Assembly: GCA_051313645.2 (NCBI GenBank)
Contig: JBNRSN020000024.1
Coordinates: forward strand, 74,028,001-74,092,000
From: Centroscyllium fabricii
Taxonomy: Eukaryota
DNA: 64,000 nt
Direction: 5' to 3'
This document shows, piece by piece, positions 58,301 through 64,000 of the stretch. The position numbers and the translations under genes are program-made. Position 1 is the first letter of the stretch, and each line of letters starts with the position of its first letter. The notes under the pieces were generated by a model that was given only the letters and a program-made list of their open reading frames with translations, did not search any database and had not been told where the DNA came from.

Positions 58301-61300
58301 ACTGCACCAGGAAATTCCAGGGTGCTGTCCAGCCTTACTTTTAAAGCACTTAACATAAAAACTAGGAGCAGGCCATTCGGCCCTTCGAGCCTGCTCCGCC
58401 ATTCAATGAGATCATGGCTGATCCAAACCCAGCACCCCGCCCTGCCCTCTCCCCATATCCCTATCGAGCCTGCATCAACACATATCCCACCCTATCCCCG
58501 TAACCCCACATATTCAATCCCCCCAACACTAAGGGTCAATTTATCCTGGCCAATCAACCTAACCCGCACATCTTTGGACTGTGGGAGGAAACCGGAGCAC
58601 CCGGAGGAAACCCACGCAGACACGGGGAGAATGTGCAAACTCCACAGATAGTACCAGAGGCTGGATTTGAACCCGGGTCTCCAGTGCTGTGAGACAACAG
58701 TGCTAACCACTGAGCCACCGTGCCGCCCTTGGGTGCATAAACATGCAAGAATTAGATGGTGGCAAATATTTCTTCCCAGGTAGAGGGATTTGAGAATTAT
58801 ACTACCCGAAACATTAAATTGCATTTCAAAGCCAACCTTCACCAATACAATTCCACCACCATTAGCAGTGCAAGAGGAAACATCAAATAGCTTTTACACT
58901 TCAAGCCTTCTGGTCCAGCACCACAAGCAAATTGACACCAGCTTAGTTTTTGACATGTATATCATACCTCCATTAAGACTATGATCCACTGGAATGGTTA
59001 CTGGTGTTGCATTAACTGGCTTCCAATCTACTGGGATGGTTACTGGTGTTGCATTAACTGGCTTCCGATCTGCTGGAATGGTTACTGGTGTTGCATTAAC
59101 TGGCTTCCGATCTGCTGGGATGGTTACTGGTGTTGGCTTCCGATCAGCTGGGATGGTTACAGGTGTTGTATTAACTGGCTTCAGACCTGCTGGGATGGTT
59201 ACTGGTGTTGGCTTCCGATCAGCTGGGATGGTTACAGGTGTTGCATTAACTGGCTTCCAATCTACTGGGATGGTTACTGGTGTTGCATTAACTGGCTTCA
59301 GACCTGCTGGAATGGTTACTGGTGTTGGCGTCAGTCCTGCTGGCATGGTTACTGGTGTTGCATTAACTGGCTTCTGATCTGCTGGGATGGTTACTGGTGT
59401 TGCATTAACTGGCTTCCGATCTACTGGGATGGTTACTGGTGTTGCATTAACTGGCTTCAGACCTGCTGGGATGGTTACTGGTGTTGCATTGACTGGCTTC
59501 CGATCTACTGGGATGGTTACTGGTGTTGCATTGACTGGCTTCCGATCTACTGGGATGGTTACTGCTGTTGCATTAACTGGCTTCAGATCTGTTGGGATGG
59601 TTACTGGTGTTGGCTTCCGATCGGCTGGGATAGTTACTGGTGTTGCATTAACTGGCTTCCGATCTGCTGGGATGGTTACTGGTGTTGGCTTCCGATCGGC
59701 TGGGATGGTTACTGGTGTTGCATTAACTGGCTTCCAATCTACTGGGATGGTTACTGGTGTTGCATTAACTGGCTTCAGACCTGCTGGAATGGTTACTGGT
59801 GTTGGCGTCAGTCCTGCTGGTATGGTTACTGGTGTTGCATTAACTGGCTTCTGATCTGCTGGGATGGTTACTGGTGTTGGCTTCTGATCTACTGGGATGG
59901 TTACTGGTGTTGCATTAACTGGCTTCCGATCGGCTGGGATGGTTACTGGTGTTGCATTAACTGGCTTCAGATCAGCTGGAATGGTTACTGGTGTTGGCTT
60001 CAGTCCTGCTGGGATGGTTACTGGTGTTGCATTAACTGGCTTCCGATCGGCTGGGATGGTTACTGGTGTTGCATTAACTGGCTTCAGATCAGCTGGAATG
60101 GTTACTGGTGTTGGCTTCAGTCCTGCTGGGATGGTTACTGGTGTTGCATTAACTGGCTTCCGATCGGCTGGGATGGTTACTGGTGTTGCATTAACTGGCT
60201 TCCGATCTGCTGGGATGGTTACTGGTGTTGCATTAACTGGCTTCAGTCCTGCTGGGATGGTTACAGGTGTTGCATTGACTGGCTTCCGATCTACTGGGAT
60301 GGTTACTGGTGTTGCATTAACTGGCTTCAGACCTGCTGGAATGGTTACTGGTGTTGGCGTCAGTCCTGCTGGTATGGTTACTGGTGTTGGCTTCTGATCT
60401 ACTGGGATGGTTACTGGTGTTACATTAACTGGCTTCTGATCTGTTGGGATAGTTACTGGTGTTGCATTAACTGGCTTCAGTCCTGCTGGGATGGTTACAG
60501 GTGTTGCATTGACTGGCTTCCGATCTACTGGGATGGTTACTGGTGTTACATTAACTGGCTTCTGATCTGTTGGGATAGTTACTGGTGTTGCATTAACTGG
60601 CTTCAGTCCTGCTGGGATGGTTACTGGTGTTGCATTGACTGGCTTCCGATCTACTGGGATGGTTACTGGTGTTGCATTAACTGGCTTCAGACCTGCTGGA
60701 ATGGTTACTGGTGTTGGCGTCAGTCCTGCTGGTATGGTTACTGGTGTTGCATTAACTGGCTTCCGATCTGCTGGAATGGTTACTGGTGTTGCATTAACTG
60801 GCTTCAGACCTGCTGGAATGGTTACTGGTGTTGGCGTCAGTCCTGCTGGTATGGTTACTGGTGTTGCATTAACTGGCTTCCGATCTGCTGGTATGGTTAC
60901 TGGTGTTGCATTAACTGGCTTCCGATCTGCTGGGATGGTTACTGGTGTTGCATTAACTGGCTTCAGACCTGCTGGTATGGTTGCTGGTGTTGCATTAACT
61001 GGCTTCTGATCGAAGGGAAAGGATCCTACTGTGGGGCCCACCATTGTTGAAAAGTCAGCTGTTGAAATTAAACAGACGGTTACAAAAGGAGCAAGAGTAG
61101 ATTTAGAAAACAGCAGAAACATGGGTGGCAAGAGAAGACTTGTGGGCGCAAGGCTTTCAAATGCACATGGAATTTAAAAGTGCAATTGCAAAAGAAGCAG
61201 GAGGGCATTTCTGAACTATATTGGCAGAGGAAATGAGGACCAGCAGTTACAGAGCAACAAAGACTTTCCAAAGCACCCTACAATTAGTGGGTTAATTTTG

Positions 61301-62178
61301 TTGTCACTTGTGTGCATCTTGACAGCCAAGGTCAAACAGTAACTGATAAAACTATATGGAATTAGTGGATTGTGGAATGCTGGCCAGAAGATCTGGAGAA
61401 CTGAATGCCTTTGTAGTAGACCATGTGGCCCTGGTTAAGTCAAGGTTCGCTCATTTAATATCACATTGGACTTGGACTATCAGCACCTCCAACAGTGCAG
61501 TACTGCTGCATGGTCAGTAGATTGCATACTGAGTCCATATTGGGGAAGTGAATCAACAAATCAGAGCCATTAAAAAACCATGCATTACCAACTGGACCAA
61601 GCTGCAACTGATCCAGGACACCGACATTTCAAAGCAATAGGATTTGGCCACTGTGGGGCAGCAGATGGGTCAACACTGTACTGGAGGAAAGTGGCTTCTG
61701 TTGCAAATTAAATAAAACACTAAGTGTTTAAGACATACCAGTCACTTGAGCCAATGATGGCAGTGTACAGTTTACAGGAATGCGCTCGATAACAATGATC
61801 CGTTTAGATGCATCAATTCCGTCAATTCTCAACTCCATGCTCACTGTTGTATTCTAGAGGGGGAGGAACAGCAATAGCATCCAATAAATTGAAAGCAAGC
61901 AAGCTTAATGCAATAGAACATTCCACCAAGATACAACAGCAAAAAAAATTACACTGATCCAGCAGAGGAATATTTCTACCCATCACCAACCCATGCAAGG
62001 ACAGTTACTTCACAATCAGCAATATTATTGACAGAAACAAAGACTATACTTACCATTAAATGAACATAGCATCCATTGTATGGAGTACTGAAGAGCAATG
62101 ACCCATCCAACTGTGGAATGGTTGTAAATTTACAGCTGCTGGGCAATGAACGCAAATCCCTTGGTATACCATAGTTAT
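52307..62178 (-). CDS. ZP4: ZPB-class zona pellucida glycoprotein (ZP4/ZP1-like), copy B, exons 2-13 (exon 1 beyond window)
   Basis: Exons (minus): 62178-62054, 61853-61739, 61058-58968, 56832-56692, 56313-56126, 55910-55813, 54827-54700, 54625-54439, 53308-53164, 53040-52962, 52579-52457, probable last 52335-52307; splice sites intact, frames open. Confidence 0.86.
54439..54625 (-). CDS. ZP4: ZP copy B ZP-C exon with GC donor
   Basis: 3 nt shorter than copy A (HH>H), in frame. Confidence 0.9.
56126..56313 (-). CDS. ZP4: ZP copy B ZP-N exon
   Basis: As copy A except CAPV>CASV. Confidence 0.9.
56692..56832 (-). CDS. ZP4: ZP copy B trefoil exon
   Basis: Matches 26774-26914. Confidence 0.9.
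58351..58728 (-). mobile_element. HE1-type V-SINE (duplicate of 28441-28823)
   Basis: Same intronic position in copy B. Confidence 0.9.
58968..61058 (-). CDS. ZP4: ZP copy B VNTR exon (51 units, 697 codons)
   Basis: 38 x 42-bp and 13 x 33-bp units; same acceptor and donor as copy A. Confidence 0.85.
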
Positions 62179-64000
62179 CTGTGCAATAAGAACAGTTTAT
62201 TGTAAGATAGCAATAATACTGCAGATGCTGGAAATCCAAAACAAAAAACCTCAAGCAGACCAGGCAACATCGGTGGAGAGAAATATAGAGTTGATGTTTT
62301 GGGTTCGGACCCGCTGTCAAGACTAAAGCCAGGAAATGAAAGAGGTAGGAAGGCCGGGGGGCTGCAAGGGAACAGAAATATTTTTTTTTTTTTTTTTTTT
62401 TTTTAAATAAAGACATTGAGGTATTCAACGCTGATGGGGCTGTGGACAGGAGACAGCTGTAGATTAGGTGTGAAAAGTACTGGTAGAATGAGGGGGCTGC
62501 TAGGAGAGAGAAGAAAGGCCAAATAAAAGGTGTGGCTAAATAGGTAAAAATACAATGGGCCAAAGTTATGATCTGAAATTGTTTAACATTGATAGAGTCT
62601 GGAGGGCTGTAAAGTGTCTAATCGGAAGATATGGTCACTTACAGCCACTACAACAGTAGTGGGGTGGGGGAAACCGAGTGTTAGCAAAACAGTTAACCAG
62701 TAGAAATGGCTACAAGAGCAAGACAACTCGGCTCACCTCCCAACTCGGATGTGGCATGTAGTTTCTACAGCAAGCACACATGGCCTATGAACCAATTATA
62801 CATGGAAGTGCCTGGGATGGTGTACCTCACAGATCTCCACCCATCCATGTACCACTGATTTATAAGTCATAAATTAGTACAGGCTGCCCACCAAAAAGAC
62901 AATATCCATTGCAGAACACATTTATACAGAAGCCAAAATAATACCACCCTTCACTTCCACTTACCTTTAAAGTGGTCATCAAAACAATTCTCAAAAATCA
63001 ATTAGTGTATGATCCATGAAGATGGCACAGAGGTGACCCAGTGTCAATGAGAAATACATTCTCATGCCCTTGAATAAGTGATACACAACCAATAAAAAAA
63101 GGAACTGAAACAAAAAGTTAAATTCAAATAGACCCAGAAAAGGAAGCCTGAAAAGCTAATAACACACTGGCCAGTGCATGTGTCTCAGACTATTCCCAGT
63201 GGTGACCACTGGTCATGGAAGGCCACAAGCAGATCACATGCTCCCTCTTCAGAGCCACCCAAGCAAGGACAAGACTGTGGGAGAGGCAGCCAGAGCAACC
63301 CTCCCAGTTGAGGACCTACAATACCAGCTCAACTGAGGGAATTAGAGACATGGTGTAAGGTCACACTTGGCATATTCCAACCTTGTACAGACAAATGTGG
63401 CCAACTTGTGCAACACTTCAAAAGCAATCCAGTCACAAGTGCTTTGGCACATTCAGGCAACACAATAAAAGGCACTATATAAAGCATTTGTCCTAGTACA
63501 AAGCTCAAAGAATGCCAGATTTTTATGTATTTTTTAATATAAAAAAGGTACAAGGAGATGCTCACATCCACATTGATCAAATAAAGCCAGCACAGCATTA
63601 CTCAACTGGTTTCAGCAATAGAGCTAGTGACAAATGGTTTATATTCTTCCATACCCATCAGACACAGATCTGTCCTTTGGGAGGATCAGGTATACATCAA
63701 GAACTAAAGGGACATTGAATCTCCTAGCCAAAAGATTATATAAACCTGCAATTGTATTGCTTCAGACAGAAAGCCTATATTGAGAGAACATTCACTCTTC
63801 CTTCCCCCACCGCCCCCCCCCACCCAACCCCAAAAGGCAACATTTAAAATTGCCATACTCAGCCTAGAAATGACAAATAGGACACCTCAGGTTAGCAAGT
63901 TCCATTTTATAGTGCACCTCTAGTATAAAATTTTCCCCAGTGTCCTGGCCAATATTTATCACTCAACTGTCCAAAAAATCTGTTTTTTTATCCCATGATT

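Larger units (their letters stand above)
45437..64000. repeat. Segmental duplication unit, copy B (runs off window)
   Basis: See copy A; first 1.55 kb inverted, remainder direct. Confidence 0.95.

Overview
Eukaryotic DNA from a cartilaginous fish (shark-type HE1 V-SINEs, HER1/CR1 LINEs, DeuSINE). The window has the last coding exon of a CCDC92/CCDC92B-like gene (+, 3373-4112) and two near-identical copies, about 30 kb apart, of a 13-exon minus-strand ZPB (ZP4/ZP1-type) egg-envelope gene. The predicted architecture is signal peptide, ZP-N1, a single ~1.9-2.1 kb mucin-like VNTR exon of (K-P-V-N-A-T-P-V-T-I-P-x-x-x)n, trefoil, ZP module, furin site and EHP, with no convincing transmembrane helix. 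Copy A (22321-34764) is complete; exon 1 of copy B lies beyond the window. About 550 bp upstream of copy A's ATG is a 15-unit minisatellite of GGGTCA-A-AGTCCA (HNF4-type DR1) motifs. With the missing TM anchor, this suggests a liver-made, secreted egg-coat protein, analogous to avian ZP1 or teleost choriogenins (inference). The copies differ in VNTR layout, a 1.6-kb inversion with a nested 33-bp micro-inversion, and a young 3-kb CR1 insertion. The spacer holds nested transposons: a Mag-like Gypsy with both LTRs inside a CR1, a hAT MITE and a TIR element. All exon models were made by hand from splice signals and domain recognition; no searches were run.
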